From: an uncultured Thiotrichaceae bacterium
Lineage (GTDB): Bacteria > Pseudomonadota > Gammaproteobacteria > Beggiatoales > Beggiatoaceae
Direction of reading: 5' to 3'
DNA: 64,000 bases
Assembly (NCBI GenBank): GCA_964388965.1
Contig: CAYMCP010000001.1
Span: 12,422 to 76,421 of the forward strand
Shown one piece after another: positions 21,101-30,452 of this stretch. The position numbers were made by a program, and so were the translations under genes. Position 1 is the first letter of the stretch. Every line of letters starts with the position of its first letter. A model generated the notes under the pieces. It was not told the origin of the DNA. It made no database searches and saw only the letters and a list, made by a program, of their open reading frames with translations.

Positions 21101-23054
21101 TGATGAAATTAAAGAAAATTTAGCCAACTTGGTAGGTGGTGATGATTTAGAATTATTTGAAGATTTATTAACTTCATATCAGGAAGAAGCTGATAATTTA
21201 ATTGCAGCATTAAAAACTGCTGTACAAACAGCCGACGCTGAGGCAATATTACAAGCAACACATAGCCTTAAATCTAGTAGTGGTAATCTAGGTTTAATTA
21301 CGCTTGGAGATTTATGTGCTGAATTAGAAGTACAAGCTAAAATTGACAATTTGGCAGATATTGACGGCACGTATAAACAAGTTTTGCAACATTATCAACA
21401 CGCAACGCAAGCAATACAATATATTTTACATTCAGCGTCTCCAGCCCCCTCATCTACCAGCACAGTAGAAAGTCTAGCGCAAGACATTCAGGAAGTGTTA
21501 GTAACGCTAGTCGGTGAAGATGAGCCAGAAATTATCACTGAATTAGTACAGACCTACACCGAAGACGCAGAGCCTTTGATGCAACAAATTCGTCAAGCAG
21601 TTCAAAAACAAGATATAGGCGATTTGTCCATTGCAGCCCATACGTTAAAATCGAGCAGTGGCAATTTAGGCGCGAATAGCATCGCTGAATTGAGTCTACA
21701 ACTTGAAACGGCGTGTAAAAATAATGCGTTAGATAGTATTGAAGATTTATCACTCAAATTAGAACAAGAATATCATATTTTACGTCAAGCCTTAGATCGG
21801 TTGCTTGGTGAAAAAGCAGAAATACCTAAAACCTCCGAAGCACCTGAAACAACTGAAACCACTACGAATATTGAGCCTGTTAAACCCATTAAAAAATCCG
21901 CAGAGCCTGTTAATTTAATGCTTGATGCTGAAGTCACACAACGCACTGAAACTTCAACATTTAGTGCAGGTCGTGATCCGGGCGACGTAACTTTGCTTGT
22001 CGTAGACGATCAGCCCTATGATACCTTATTGTTAAGCACCTATTTACGTGAAGAGGGATACCAAGTATTGACGGCTAATTCTGGTCAAGATGCTTTAGAT
22101 TTAGTCATTGAAAAAGACCCAGATATTGTATTATCTGACGTAATGATGCCGGGCATGGATGGTTTTGAAGTATGTATTAGAATTAAAGCACGTTCAGAAA
22201 GTGTACTGACACCAGTTGTATTAATCACTGCTTTAGATGGACAAAATGATCGAATTAAAGGTATTCAGGCGGGTGCGGATGAATTTCTCTCTAAACCGAT
22301 CAATCGTGAAGAATTGATAGCGCGCGTGCGGTCTCTATTACGTTACCAATTGGCGCGTTCTGAATTAGAAGAAGCCCAAAAAGAACATTTAAAAGGCATG
22401 TTTAAGCGTTACGTGTCACCCAAACTAGTAGACGAAATTTTAACCCATCCAGATAAAGCAGAAATCACCCTCGCTGACCAAAAGAATCGTTTAGACGCAG
22501 TAATTTTATTTGCAGACTTACGCGGTTTTACAGCAATGTCAGAAATGCTCAAACCAACCGACGTAGTCAGCCTACTAAATGAATTTTTCACTATGCTAAC
22601 CGAAGTCGGCTATCGCTATGATGGGACAATTTTTAATATGGCAGGTGATTGCTTATTAATTGGCTTTGGTGTGCCATTCCATCAAGAAGACGCGCCAGTA
22701 CGTGCTTTAAATGCTGCTATAGATATGCAAAAGGAATTTATTGCCTTAGACCACTCGTGGCGTAAAACCTATGATGTGGATGTCGGTTTAGGGATTGGTA
22801 TTAATAAAGGTGAATTGATTGTAGGCAATGTTGGTTCACCTAACTATATGAATTATACAGTAATTGGTGATACAGTGAATGTTGCATCACGTCTAGTCAG
22901 TATGGCTGGACGCGGCGAAATCATTATTTCTGATTCAATGTTAAAAAACATTCAAAGTGCGCATTCAAAAAATTATAATATCGAAGCACTAGAACCTGTC
23001 AATTTAAAAGGAAAATCTCAACTACAACAAGTATATCGTGTTGTTTCCGAGTAA
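18153..23054 (+). CDS. Giant hybrid sensor kinase / intramolecular phosphorelay ending in a class III nucleotidyl cyclase (periplasmic sensor-HAMP-HisKA-HATPase-REC-REC-Hpt x3-REC-cyclase)
   Basis: Start at ATG 18153 (the track starts at TTG 18138). H-box [12 protein letters not shown] (His codon 19023). HATPase to about 19680. REC at about 19741-20100 and 20181-20560. Three Hpt His codons at 20859, 21261 and 21639. Third REC at about 21990-22350. Cyclase motifs [19 protein letters not shown] and [11 protein letters not shown] at about 22490-23040. Confidence 0.85.
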   Translation: MKNFADLSIKRKLILITMLVNVVALLAASGFFAANEVASLRSAMVRDYKVLAEVIGANSVASLMFYESESASKTLSALSAEKHVTGAVIYDQLGEVFALYERKNAKGFNAPTVQENGHHFETYRLLIFQDINFNGQTVGKVFIESDLERINQLILEYVVIIFAILSITSLLAFFLTTRLQSLISRPILHLVETTNAVSKGNDYAVRAQRYGRDELGQLVDGFNEMLAQIQRRDEMLARHRDHLEDQVKLRTAELSKMNLDLEQTIEDLQEAKEAAEVASKAKSEFLANMSHEIRTPMNAVIGMTGLLAQTELNLEQRDFVETVRTSSDALLALINDILDFSKIDAGKLELEQHPFNIRECVEAALDLVTSRACENGLELVASFDKHLPNNLSGDVTRLRQILVNLLSNAVKFTEHGEVIVEVSGSLHFNGRIELFFAVKDTGIGIPIERMDRLFRSFSQVDASMTRKYGGTGLGLAISKHLCELMGGRMWVTSEIEKGSTFYFTIVADPIEDEDEKNQLQDSRAELKGQRVLVVDDNHTNRRILNLQLHHWGMEAIEAMSGEEALKKLQDKHKFSLAILDMQMPVMDGMTLARQIRKQYSASELPLVMLTSLGRQQADIDMNLFAAYLNKPVKSSQLFDCLIDIFAHKMIHPKPFIPKSHHLSKVVTSGLLVEEKPLRILLTEDNLTNQKVARLLLDRMGFSEKTGLAISIANNGAEAVEAVKQRQYDVILMDVQMPVMDGFEATKQIREYCNKPEVRPYIVAMTAHALRGYREKCLEAGMDDYVTKPIRPEDLAAALKRCPRVYEDYKSVALEVVEPQTKPTQVQVEQKTVEPQVEKIENDSRVAKLKEEIQQTLINLVGEAEGEIVIELLTTYLDSSKTLTGNLSTAVAQQDPKLMEHAAHSLKSSSASLGATLLSEMSRQLEKQGREGDMTDVEAKVSALLAEYQAVKQALKLLLGDSPEFVEVENSTAVETEKTLEQLADEIKENLANLVGGDDLELFEDLLTSYQEEADNLIAALKTAVQTADAEAILQATHSLKSSSGNLGLITLGDLCAELEVQAKIDNLADIDGTYKQVLQHYQHATQAIQYILHSASPAPSSTSTVESLAQDIQEVLVTLVGEDEPEIITELVQTYTEDAEPLMQQIRQAVQKQDIGDLSIAAHTLKSSSGNLGANSIAELSLQLETACKNNALDSIEDLSLKLEQEYHILRQALDRLLGEKAEIPKTSEAPETTETTTNIEPVKPIKKSAEPVNLMLDAEVTQRTETSTFSAGRDPGDVTLLVVDDQPYDTLLLSTYLREEGYQVLTANSGQDALDLVIEKDPDIVLSDVMMPGMDGFEVCIRIKARSESVLTPVVLITALDGQNDRIKGIQAGADEFLSKPINREELIARVRSLLRYQLARSELEEAQKEHLKGMFKRYVSPKLVDEILTHPDKAEITLADQKNRLDAVILFADLRGFTAMSEMLKPTDVVSLLNEFFTMLTEVGYRYDGTIFNMAGDCLLIGFGVPFHQEDAPVRALNAAIDMQKEFIALDHSWRKTYDVDVGLGIGINKGELIVGNVGSPNYMNYTVIGDTVNVASRLVSMAGRGEIIISDSMLKNIQSAHSKNYNIEALEPVNLKGKSQLQQVYRVVSE
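20685..21860 (+). repeat. Three tandem in-frame Hpt-domain repeats (about 126-134 aa each) inside the giant kinase
   Basis: Repeated blocks: L.NLVGE...ELLTTY ... [12 protein letters not shown]; LANLVGG...DLLTSY ... [12 protein letters not shown]; LVTLVGE...ELVQTY ... [12 protein letters not shown]. Confidence 0.8.
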
Positions 23055-23057
23055 ATT

Positions 23058-24932
23058 ATGACCCATTTTACCTCTAATAAATATGTTATTACGGTCGGTT
23101 TTAGCGTGGTGTTACTTCTACTACTGCTCATTACCTTTACCGGCTTGGCGCGAATGTACATATTAAAAATGCATGTCAACCAGATTGTGCAAAATAATAA
23201 TATAAAAACAGAGTTAGCGCACACCATGCTCAATGCGGCGCGTGAACGTGTTATTGCACTACAAACGATGTATCTTACTGATGACCCATTTACCAGAGAA
23301 GACGCTTATACACAGTTTAACAATTTGGCAAGTGAATTCATGCAGGCGCGCTCTGAGCTGCTACGGATGTCGCTATCGAATAATGAACAAGCCTTAATTG
23401 ATTACATATCCCCCCTGACCCGCCAAGCATCGACCAAACAACGTGAATTTGCAGAACTACTATTAGATGAGCAAGCTGTTGATATTCAAGCCTTAATGAA
23501 TCAATATATTATCCCAGTACAACAAGCGGTGCGAGAGTCTTTATTCAAATTAGTGAAATTACAAAAACAGTCTTCAGATGACGCATTTCGCGAAACGATG
23601 CAAACTTATCATGAAGGGTATTTTTTAATCTGGACCGCAGGCATATTGGCTATTTTGTTGGGATTAAGTATTGCGTTTATTGTCTTCCGCCACATTAATC
23701 GTACTGAAAACTTACTACTAGATGCAAAAAATCTTGCTGAAATTGCAAATAAAGCCAAGACTGATTTTCTAGCAAACATGAGTCATGAATTACGCACGCC
23801 ACTAAATGCAGTGGTTAATATGAGCCATTTATTAATGGATACAAAATTAACTGCTGAACAAAAAGAATTAGTGACTACTGTCAGACAAAGTGGTGATGAA
23901 TTTTTACGCTTAATCGACAGTATTTTAGATTTTTCCAAAATTGAAGCAGGCAAATTGACTCTACAACCAAAAATGTTTACATTAAGAGTTTTAATTGATA
24001 ATTTAATGGAAATAGCTCGATCTAAAGCAAAAGCGAAACATTTAAATTTAACTTTATTGTATGATGATCAAGCTCCAAAACAAGTGATTGGCGATGTAGA
24101 ACGTTTGCGACAAATTTTAATACATTTACTTGATAATGCAATTAAATTTACTGATCATGGTGAAGTATTATTATCATTAACAGCGCGTAATATTTCAACA
24201 TGCCAAGATAAAATAGAGCTTTACATCACAGTTAAAGACACAGGCATAGGGATTCCATTCGAGCGTCGAGATCGTCTATTTCAGCCGTTCACACAAGTAG
24301 ATACCTCTACTACTCGCCGCCATAGTGGTTCAGGTATTGGCTTGGCACTATGTAAACAACTATGTCAATTAATGGGTGGGACATTATGGGTCGAAAGTGA
24401 GGTAAATTATGGTACAACATTTCATTTAACGATTACTTTGGACTTACTCACGGACAAACACCAAACCAATACGGAATTTAAATTTACGACACCTGTGACT
24501 AATTTACGCATTTTACTAGTCGAAGATAATCAAACAAATCAAAAAGTTGCACAATTAGTATTGCGTAAATTGGGTTACGAAATTGATATTGTCAGCAACG
24601 GACTGAAAGCGGTTGAATCAGTCAATCAACATTTATACGATATTGTATTAATGGATATACAAATGCCAGAATTAGACGGTTTAGAAGCAACTCGTAAAAT
24701 TTTAGATAATTGGCCAATTGGGCAACGTCCTTATATTATCGCCATGACCGCACATGCACTACAAGGTGATCGAGAAAAATGTCTTGCAGCCGGTATGGAC
24801 GATTACATTGCAAAACCAGTTAAATTAGAGGAATTAGAAGCTGCTATTGGGCGTTGGCAGGCATGGAATATTTCCCGTAATTTAAAACACCAAACTCGTC
24901 AGGAAATTTATACAACTAAAGATAATGATTAA
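23058..24932 (+). CDS. Hybrid sensor histidine kinase (TM-helical sensor-TM-HisKA-HATPase-REC)
   Basis: ATG lies 3 nt after the stop of the giant gene. H-box MSHELRTPLNAV. HATPase G boxes. C-terminal REC (LLVEDNQTNQ, IVLMDIQMPELDG, MTAH, IAKP). No Hpt domain. Confidence 0.85.
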   Translation: MTHFTSNKYVITVGFSVVLLLLLLITFTGLARMYILKMHVNQIVQNNNIKTELAHTMLNAARERVIALQTMYLTDDPFTREDAYTQFNNLASEFMQARSELLRMSLSNNEQALIDYISPLTRQASTKQREFAELLLDEQAVDIQALMNQYIIPVQQAVRESLFKLVKLQKQSSDDAFRETMQTYHEGYFLIWTAGILAILLGLSIAFIVFRHINRTENLLLDAKNLAEIANKAKTDFLANMSHELRTPLNAVVNMSHLLMDTKLTAEQKELVTTVRQSGDEFLRLIDSILDFSKIEAGKLTLQPKMFTLRVLIDNLMEIARSKAKAKHLNLTLLYDDQAPKQVIGDVERLRQILIHLLDNAIKFTDHGEVLLSLTARNISTCQDKIELYITVKDTGIGIPFERRDRLFQPFTQVDTSTTRRHSGSGIGLALCKQLCQLMGGTLWVESEVNYGTTFHLTITLDLLTDKHQTNTEFKFTTPVTNLRILLVEDNQTNQKVAQLVLRKLGYEIDIVSNGLKAVESVNQHLYDIVLMDIQMPELDGLEATRKILDNWPIGQRPYIIAMTAHALQGDREKCLAAGMDDYIAKPVKLEELEAAIGRWQAWNISRNLKHQTRQEIYTTKDND

Positions 24933-24981
24933 ATTTGTTTAAACTCAAGGGCTTAAAACTATTAAATTGTAAAAAACCATC

Positions 24982-25355
24982 CTATCTATCAGTTAATAGC
25001 TGCATTAATTTAAATTCCAATTTCGTAAAAACACTTGACCAATCTTTAATTTGAGACTGTCTAAACAAGGTAACGCTTGGGTACCAAGGACTATCTTCGC
25101 GCTCTAATAACCATCTCCAATCAGGTACATAAGGCAATAATACCCACGTTTTTTGTCCCAATGGATAAATGTGCTACAGCAGTATCTACAGAAATAATTA
25201 AATCTAAGGCTAAAATGAGCGATGCGGTATCGGTAAAATCCTGTAATTGTTGCGTACAATCGCGGTTGTTTCAAAGCCTGTAAATAAAATTCAATTGCTT
25301 GTGCATATCGATGATTTTGTACCGCCTCTTGTGCTTGAATCAGTAAATTTTGCAT
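24982..25355 (-). pseudogene. Degraded remnant of a TPR-repeat glycosyltransferase (GT9/GT41-like C-terminal module)
   Basis: Three minus-strand frames each carry a piece. Frame a: MQNLLIQAQEAVQNHRYAQAIEFYLQALKQP (TPR-like). Frame a+1: DCTQQLQDFTDTASLILALDLIISVDTAVAHLS. Frame a+2: PLGQKTWVLLPYVPDWRWLLEREDSPWYPSVTLFRQSQ...*, with stop at 24982-24984. Confidence 0.7.
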
Positions 25356-25452
25356 TGGAATTGCCTAAATCATAAGAATAAATCAGTATATTGTGCTATT
25401 TATTAAATAATAAAAAACGCTAATTTTCTAAATAATGATCTTAGGTAATGAC

Positions 25453-26094
25453 TCAGTTTGGTCTAATGCGTGGCAAACTCGCGTGCTCAAAAGCCTTGAT
25501 ATGTGCAATAATTTCTAATGAATGCTCTCTTTCCTGTTGATTTTCTAACACAATTCGCACTGCATTTGGCAATGAGCGACGATCTTCCCCATCCCATTTT
25601 TCCAACCATTTTGTATCTTTATCATTAAATTGATCATCATAATATAAATATTCAAAATTCACATCAAAACCCTCAAATACCACAATAGGCTGTTCAATTT
25701 CTTCTAACGATTCAGTCGGATCACCTGCAAAAGCTGAAATAGTACGGATTTCGATACCCTCTTTTTCACTCGATGTTAATTGCCACGCGGTCAGCCCCGG
25801 TTTACGTCCAGGAGACAACGTCGAAACCCACGCTAATTTATCCTGCTCACCGATAAAAAATACAACAGGTTGCCTCCTGTCCTCGTCCAAATAGGTATGT
25901 GGAAAAGCAGCATCTAAAGCACGTTCTAGCTGCAACAATACCAGCACCTGATCCAAACTTTGCTCCAAACGTGAGCCGTTACGCTCCCAATCCTTTAATA
26001 CCACCTGCATTCCCGAAGCCAACAGCAACATGATAGAAGCGGATAACGCTAAAGCAATTAATAATTCTAGTAAAGTAAAGCCATTATTACGCAT
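25453..26094 (-). CDS. Prepilin-type N-terminal cleavage/methylation domain protein (minor pseudopilin, GspJ/PulJ-like)
   Basis: MRNNGFTLLELLIALALSASIMLL is a class III signal. ATG 26094 is preferred over the track start 26172, which would overlap gltX. No other T2SS/T4P genes are nearby. Confidence 0.6.
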   Translation of the reverse strand: MRNNGFTLLELLIALALSASIMLLLASGMQVVLKDWERNGSRLEQSLDQVLVLLQLERALDAAFPHTYLDEDRRQPVVFFIGEQDKLAWVSTLSPGRKPGLTAWQLTSSEKEGIEIRTISAFAGDPTESLEEIEQPIVVFEGFDVNFEYLYYDDQFNDKDTKWLEKWDGEDRRSLPNAVRIVLENQQEREHSLEIIAHIKAFEHASLPRIRPN

Positions 26095-26171
26095 AGTTAG
26101 ATAAGTGATAGATTTATAGATTGCGACAAGTATAATGTTGTTTTGCTTTGACAACAAATTTAAATATGACA

Positions 26172-27575
26172 ATGATAAAAACCCGTTTCGCGCCTAGTCC
26201 AACTGGCTATATGCACTTAGGTAATGCTAGAACTGCTTTATTTAACGCATTATTTGCTATTCATCATCAAGGTATATTTTTGCTGCGCATCGAAGATACA
26301 GACCAAGAGCGTAGTGAAACACAATATGTGACCCAACTCAAAGCTGATTTACAGTGGCTAGGTATGGATTGGCAAGAGGGACCTGATGTCGGCGGTGAAC
26401 ATACACCTTATTTTCAGTCGCAACGTACTGAAATTTATGCACAATATTACCAACAATTAATTGACAGTGGCAGAGCTTATCCTTGTTTTTGTTCGCCGCG
26501 TGAATTGGAATTGTCACGTAAATTACAACGTGCGTCAGGTCAAGCACCACGTTATGCGGGCACTTGTGCGCATTTAAATCAACAAGAAATCGGGCGTAAA
26601 CTTGCAGAAGGTTTACAACCTACATTACGTTTTAGGATGCCGCGTGATGAATTAATTGAATTTAACGATATAGTTAAAGGGCAACAACGTTTTGCTAGTC
26701 ATGATATTGGTGATTTTATTATTCGTCGCGCTGACGGTACACCTGCATTTTTCTTCTGCAACGCGATAGATGATGCACTAATGGGTGTCACACACGTTTT
26801 TCGTGGTGATGATCATTTGACCAATACGCCACGCCAGCAAATGATTTTACAAAGTTTAGGTTTAACAGTACCACAATATGGACATATTTCATTAATTTTA
26901 GGCGATGATGGTGCACCATTGTCGAAACGAAATGGTAGTTTAAGTATTCAAGAGTTAAAACACACAGGTTGGCAGCCTAATGCCGTGGTGAATTATTTAT
27001 CACGTTTAGGTCATGCGTTCGAGGAAGAAAAAGGTTATTTATCCATTAAAGAACTCGCAGCAGGATTTAAATTATCGCGTTTGGGTAAAGCGGCTTCTCG
27101 ATTTGATAAACAGCAATTACTGCATTGGCAACAGGCGGCAATTGCTGAAAGCGACATTGATATTTTATGGCAACAAATGCCTGTCAGTGTAAAAAATATT
27201 GTGCCCACTGCAAAACAACAAGATTTTATTGTGACAGTTCGTCCTAATATCCTCTTTCCACAAGATGCACAACAGTGGGCTGCTATTTTATTTAATGATA
27301 ATTTACAATACAAAATGGAAGCGATTGATGTCATTATTGAAGCGGATAGAAATTTTTTCCAACATGCAATACAGGCTTTGGAAGATACACAAGCGGATTA
27401 TAAATCATTAATTGAGCAGTTAAAGCAAGTAGCAGGTGTCAAGGGTAAAAAATTATTTATGCCGCTGCGTGCAGCTTTGACGGGTGAAACGCATGGACCT
27501 GAAATGGCAAATTTATTGGATTTAATGGGTATTGAACGGGCAAGACAGCGGTTGCAACACGCTATGAATTTTTAA
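26172..27575 (+). CDS. gltX: Glutamate--tRNA ligase
   Basis: MIKTRFAPSPTGYMHLGNARTALFN (HIGH region) and a PLSKRNGS (KMSKS-type) motif. The start could also be ATG 26166. Confidence 0.93.
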   Translation: MIKTRFAPSPTGYMHLGNARTALFNALFAIHHQGIFLLRIEDTDQERSETQYVTQLKADLQWLGMDWQEGPDVGGEHTPYFQSQRTEIYAQYYQQLIDSGRAYPCFCSPRELELSRKLQRASGQAPRYAGTCAHLNQQEIGRKLAEGLQPTLRFRMPRDELIEFNDIVKGQQRFASHDIGDFIIRRADGTPAFFFCNAIDDALMGVTHVFRGDDHLTNTPRQQMILQSLGLTVPQYGHISLILGDDGAPLSKRNGSLSIQELKHTGWQPNAVVNYLSRLGHAFEEEKGYLSIKELAAGFKLSRLGKAASRFDKQQLLHWQQAAIAESDIDILWQQMPVSVKNIVPTAKQQDFIVTVRPNILFPQDAQQWAAILFNDNLQYKMEAIDVIIEADRNFFQHAIQALEDTQADYKSLIEQLKQVAGVKGKKLFMPLRAALTGETHGPEMANLLDLMGIERARQRLQHAMNF

Positions 27576-27610
27576 TTTACATCGTACAAACAAAATTATC
27601 AATTTAGGCA

Positions 27611-27643
27611 AAGGTGCATAAACAAAATCTCGTCATGCACCTT
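27611..27643. terminator. Perfect 9-bp hairpin between convergent gltX and the Crp/Fnr gene
   Basis: AAGGTGCAT (27611-27619) pairs with ATGCACCTT (27635-27643), 15-nt loop. No strong T-tract on either side. Confidence 0.4.
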
Positions 27644-27709
27644 CTGCTATGATTCATTGATTTTATTATATATTTTAAAAAATTGCTTTGGACTAATGTT
27701 GTAAAAATT

Positions 27710-28384
27710 CTACCAATTTGTATCATCTTGCAAACGGCGCAAAGCCTGTGACGAGCAAACTACAATATACGATTCATGCTCAATAATGATTCCCATTTTT
27801 TTCATCTTACTCAATACTCTGGAAAAAGTTTCAGGCTGCAATCCTAAACGAGAAGCAATCATTGCCTTTGTTGCAGGTAAGTAAATTTGGTAATTTTCCA
27901 CTTCTCCAGCCGAAAAACTTAGTAAATAACTCGCCACTCTTTGTTGAGCATTGCTTAGACTCAAGTGATGAATATCATTTAAAAATTGGTGGATGCGCCG
28001 ACTAAGATTAGCTAACATTTTAATGGCTAATTCAGGATTTTGTTTTAATTGTTGACGCAATACCTCACTGGGAATCGCAATTAATTCCGTTTTCTCGATT
28101 GCACTTGCGTATACTGGCATTGGTGCATCTAGGATAGCCACGGCTTCGGCAAAAGTTTCTCCACGATGTACAATTTCAATCACTTTTTCTTTACCTTCCG
28201 GACTCAGTCGATATAACCGCATACTACCGCTTACGACCAAAAAAAAAGCAGTCGCGGGCATCCCCTGACTAAATAATAATTGACCATGAGCAAGAACATG
28301 ATGATGAGCAGCTTTTACAAATGGGGCTAAATCACTCGTTGACAGAGTGTTGAATAGCGTTATTTGTTGTAACAATTGTTCCAT
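27710..28384 (-). CDS. Crp/Fnr-family transcription regulator (Dnr/NnrR/HcpR-like; lacks the FNR Cys cluster)
   Basis: cNMP-binding-type beta-roll plus a C-terminal HTH with ETFSRVLSKM (E-x-x-S-R as in FNR). Only one Cys in the protein, so not an FNR-type Fe-S sensor. Divergent from hcp. Confidence 0.85.
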   Translation of the reverse strand: MEQLLQQITLFNTLSTSDLAPFVKAAHHHVLAHGQLLFSQGMPATAFFLVVSGSMRLYRLSPEGKEKVIEIVHRGETFAEAVAILDAPMPVYASAIEKTELIAIPSEVLRQQLKQNPELAIKMLANLSRRIHQFLNDIHHLSLSNAQQRVASYLLSFSAGEVENYQIYLPATKAMIASRLGLQPETFSRVLSKMKKMGIIIEHESYIVVCSSQALRRLQDDTNW

Positions 28385-28442
28385 CGGATTATCTTCCGTT
28401 TTTATGACTAAAAATTTTTTGTGCGTAACATTATTAATCGAC

Positions 28443-28456
28443 TTGATTTATATCAA
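28443..28456. promoter_or_regulatory. Perfect FNR/Crp-family box TTGAT-N4-ATCAA in the regulator/hcp divergent region
   Basis: TTGATttatATCAA at 28443-28456. GATAAT at 28479-28484 would place a start site near 28491, which puts the box centre at -41.5 (class II geometry) for hcp. Confidence 0.6.
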
Positions 28457-28647
28457 GAAAGTTATTTACACAATTTGCGATAATGACAACCTGTTGTATA
28501 ACAATACGACAGCCTCCGTATACTAACTCATTAATTTTACATAGCTAAAAAATGATGTAACTTAAAAAATAGTTATAAATAATTGTAAAAATTTGATTTG
28601 GCGAGGTGTTAGTATAAATCAATTTTTATTTTAAAAAAGGTATTTTT

Positions 28648-30300
28648 ATGTTTTGTTATCAATGCGAACAAACACAACGCACTTTAGAACAGGTTGGTTG
28701 TATCAATGAGCGTGGAGCTTGCGGTAAGGATGCCGCAACATCCGATTTACAAGATATTTTAATTTATCAAATCAAAGGTATTGCACAATACGCATCGTAT
28801 GCGCGCAATTTTGGTGTAATTGACAAAGAAGTGGATGATTTTATCCAATATGGCTTATTTACTACTTTAACTAATGTTAATTTTAATGCTACTCGTTTTG
28901 TTAAGATGATTCATCAAGCAGCAACCATCCGCGACCAAATTAAAACGCATTACGAAGCGGTTGCTCATACAAAAGAACAGCTTAGTGCTGCTGCGCAATT
29001 TCAACCCGCAGAAAGTATGGATGATATTTTACGCCAAAAAGCAGTCGCGGCACTCGACCACGATCAAGCAACGGTCGGTGCGGATGTGATTGGTTTACGG
29101 GTATTAATTTTGTACGGTATGAAGGGTACATCTGCCTATTCACATCATGCACGCGCGTTAGGTTATCATACTGATGAAATTGACGCAAAAACAGAACGGC
29201 TACTTAGCTATTTAGCCAATGATCCAACAGATATTAATGAATTGCTGAAAACGTCATTAGAAGTAGGGCATTTAAACTTAAAAGTTATGGAATTACTTGA
29301 TCGCGCTAATAATGAGACCTTTGGTCAACAGGAAATTACACCAGTGCGAATAACACCAATAGCAGGCAAAGCGATTTTGGTGAGCGGTCATGACTTGCAT
29401 GATTTAGAGCAGCTACTGAAACAAACAGAGGGAAGTGGTATTAATGTTTATACTCACGGCGAAATGCTACCAGCGCACGCCTACCCTAAATTAAAGCATT
29501 ATTCTCATTTAATCGGTAATTACGGTGGCGCATGGCAAAATCAGCAACAGGAATTTGCGACTTTTCCGGGTCCGATTGTGTTGACTTCTAATTGTTTGAT
29601 TGAACCTGACAAAAGTTATCGGCAACGCATTTTTACCACAGGACCAGTAGGTTGGTCTGGTGTAAGGCATATCGACGATAATGACTACAAAACGGTTATT
29701 CAAGCAGCCAAAGCATTGCCCGGCTTTAAGGAAAGTGTGCCAGAACAAACCATTACTATTGGTTTTGGTCATAACACCATCATGAGTGTTGCAGATCAAG
29801 TCATTAACGGTGTAAAAAGTGGTGCAATTCAACATTTCTTTGTTATCGGTGGTTGCGATGGTGCAAAACCTGGACGAAATTATTACACTGAATTGGCGAG
29901 CCAAACACCTGATAATACGGTGATATTAACGCTAGGTTGTGCTAAATATCGCTTTAATAAACAAACATTTGGTGATATTGGTGGCATTCCGCGTTTATTG
30001 GATTTGGGACAGTGTAATGATGCTTATTCTGCAATTAAAATTGCGGCGACGCTCGCTGAAACCTTTGAATGCGATATTAATGATTTACCTTTATCTTTGA
30101 TGATCTCTTGGTTTGAACAAAAAGCGACGGCGGTTTTACTATCTCTATTAGCCAGCGGTGTTAAAGGCATCCACTTAGGTCCGAGCTTACCTGCTTATCT
30201 CACGCCTAATTTGCTAAATATTTTACAAGAGCAATTTGATTTGCGCGTCAATAATACGCCAGAAGCAGATTTACAATGCGCTTTAAAAAAGGCGGCGTAG
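28648..30300 (+). CDS. hcp: Hybrid cluster protein / hydroxylamine reductase
   Basis: MFCYQCEQT...C...C N-terminal Cys cluster, ~550 aa, typical Hcp sequence throughout. Confidence 0.95.
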   Translation: MFCYQCEQTQRTLEQVGCINERGACGKDAATSDLQDILIYQIKGIAQYASYARNFGVIDKEVDDFIQYGLFTTLTNVNFNATRFVKMIHQAATIRDQIKTHYEAVAHTKEQLSAAAQFQPAESMDDILRQKAVAALDHDQATVGADVIGLRVLILYGMKGTSAYSHHARALGYHTDEIDAKTERLLSYLANDPTDINELLKTSLEVGHLNLKVMELLDRANNETFGQQEITPVRITPIAGKAILVSGHDLHDLEQLLKQTEGSGINVYTHGEMLPAHAYPKLKHYSHLIGNYGGAWQNQQQEFATFPGPIVLTSNCLIEPDKSYRQRIFTTGPVGWSGVRHIDDNDYKTVIQAAKALPGFKESVPEQTITIGFGHNTIMSVADQVINGVKSGAIQHFFVIGGCDGAKPGRNYYTELASQTPDNTVILTLGCAKYRFNKQTFGDIGGIPRLLDLGQCNDAYSAIKIAATLAETFECDINDLPLSLMISWFEQKATAVLLSLLASGVKGIHLGPSLPAYLTPNLLNILQEQFDLRVNNTPEADLQCALKKAA

Positions 30301-30338
30301 GGATAAAAACGACTATAAACGGGTAAATTAAGCAAAAA

Positions 30339-30431
30339 TCGTAGGGGACATAAAGGCGATAGCGTCCATGCAACACTGGGTGTAAGAATTATAAAAATCG
30401 GTGTATGATGCTGCATTTATACCCCCTACGA
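30339..30431. repeat. 9-bp inverted repeat enclosing about 75 nt in the hcp-hcr spacer; possibly a diverged REP-family copy
   Basis: tcgtagggg (30339-30347) pairs with cccctacga (30423-30431). The internal ggaca...agcgtcc resembles the ggacgcaccagcgtcc unit of the REP-like elements. Confidence 0.3.
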
Positions 30432-30452
30432 AAATTATAAAAGGATTAATAC

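Noticed and set aside
25077-25283. 68-aa + strand ORF, and the 83-aa minus-strand ORF at 25104-25355, taken at face value as genes.
   Set aside because: Both are by-products of the decayed TPR-glycosyltransferase remnant. The real signal is split over three minus-strand frames (see the pseudogene feature).
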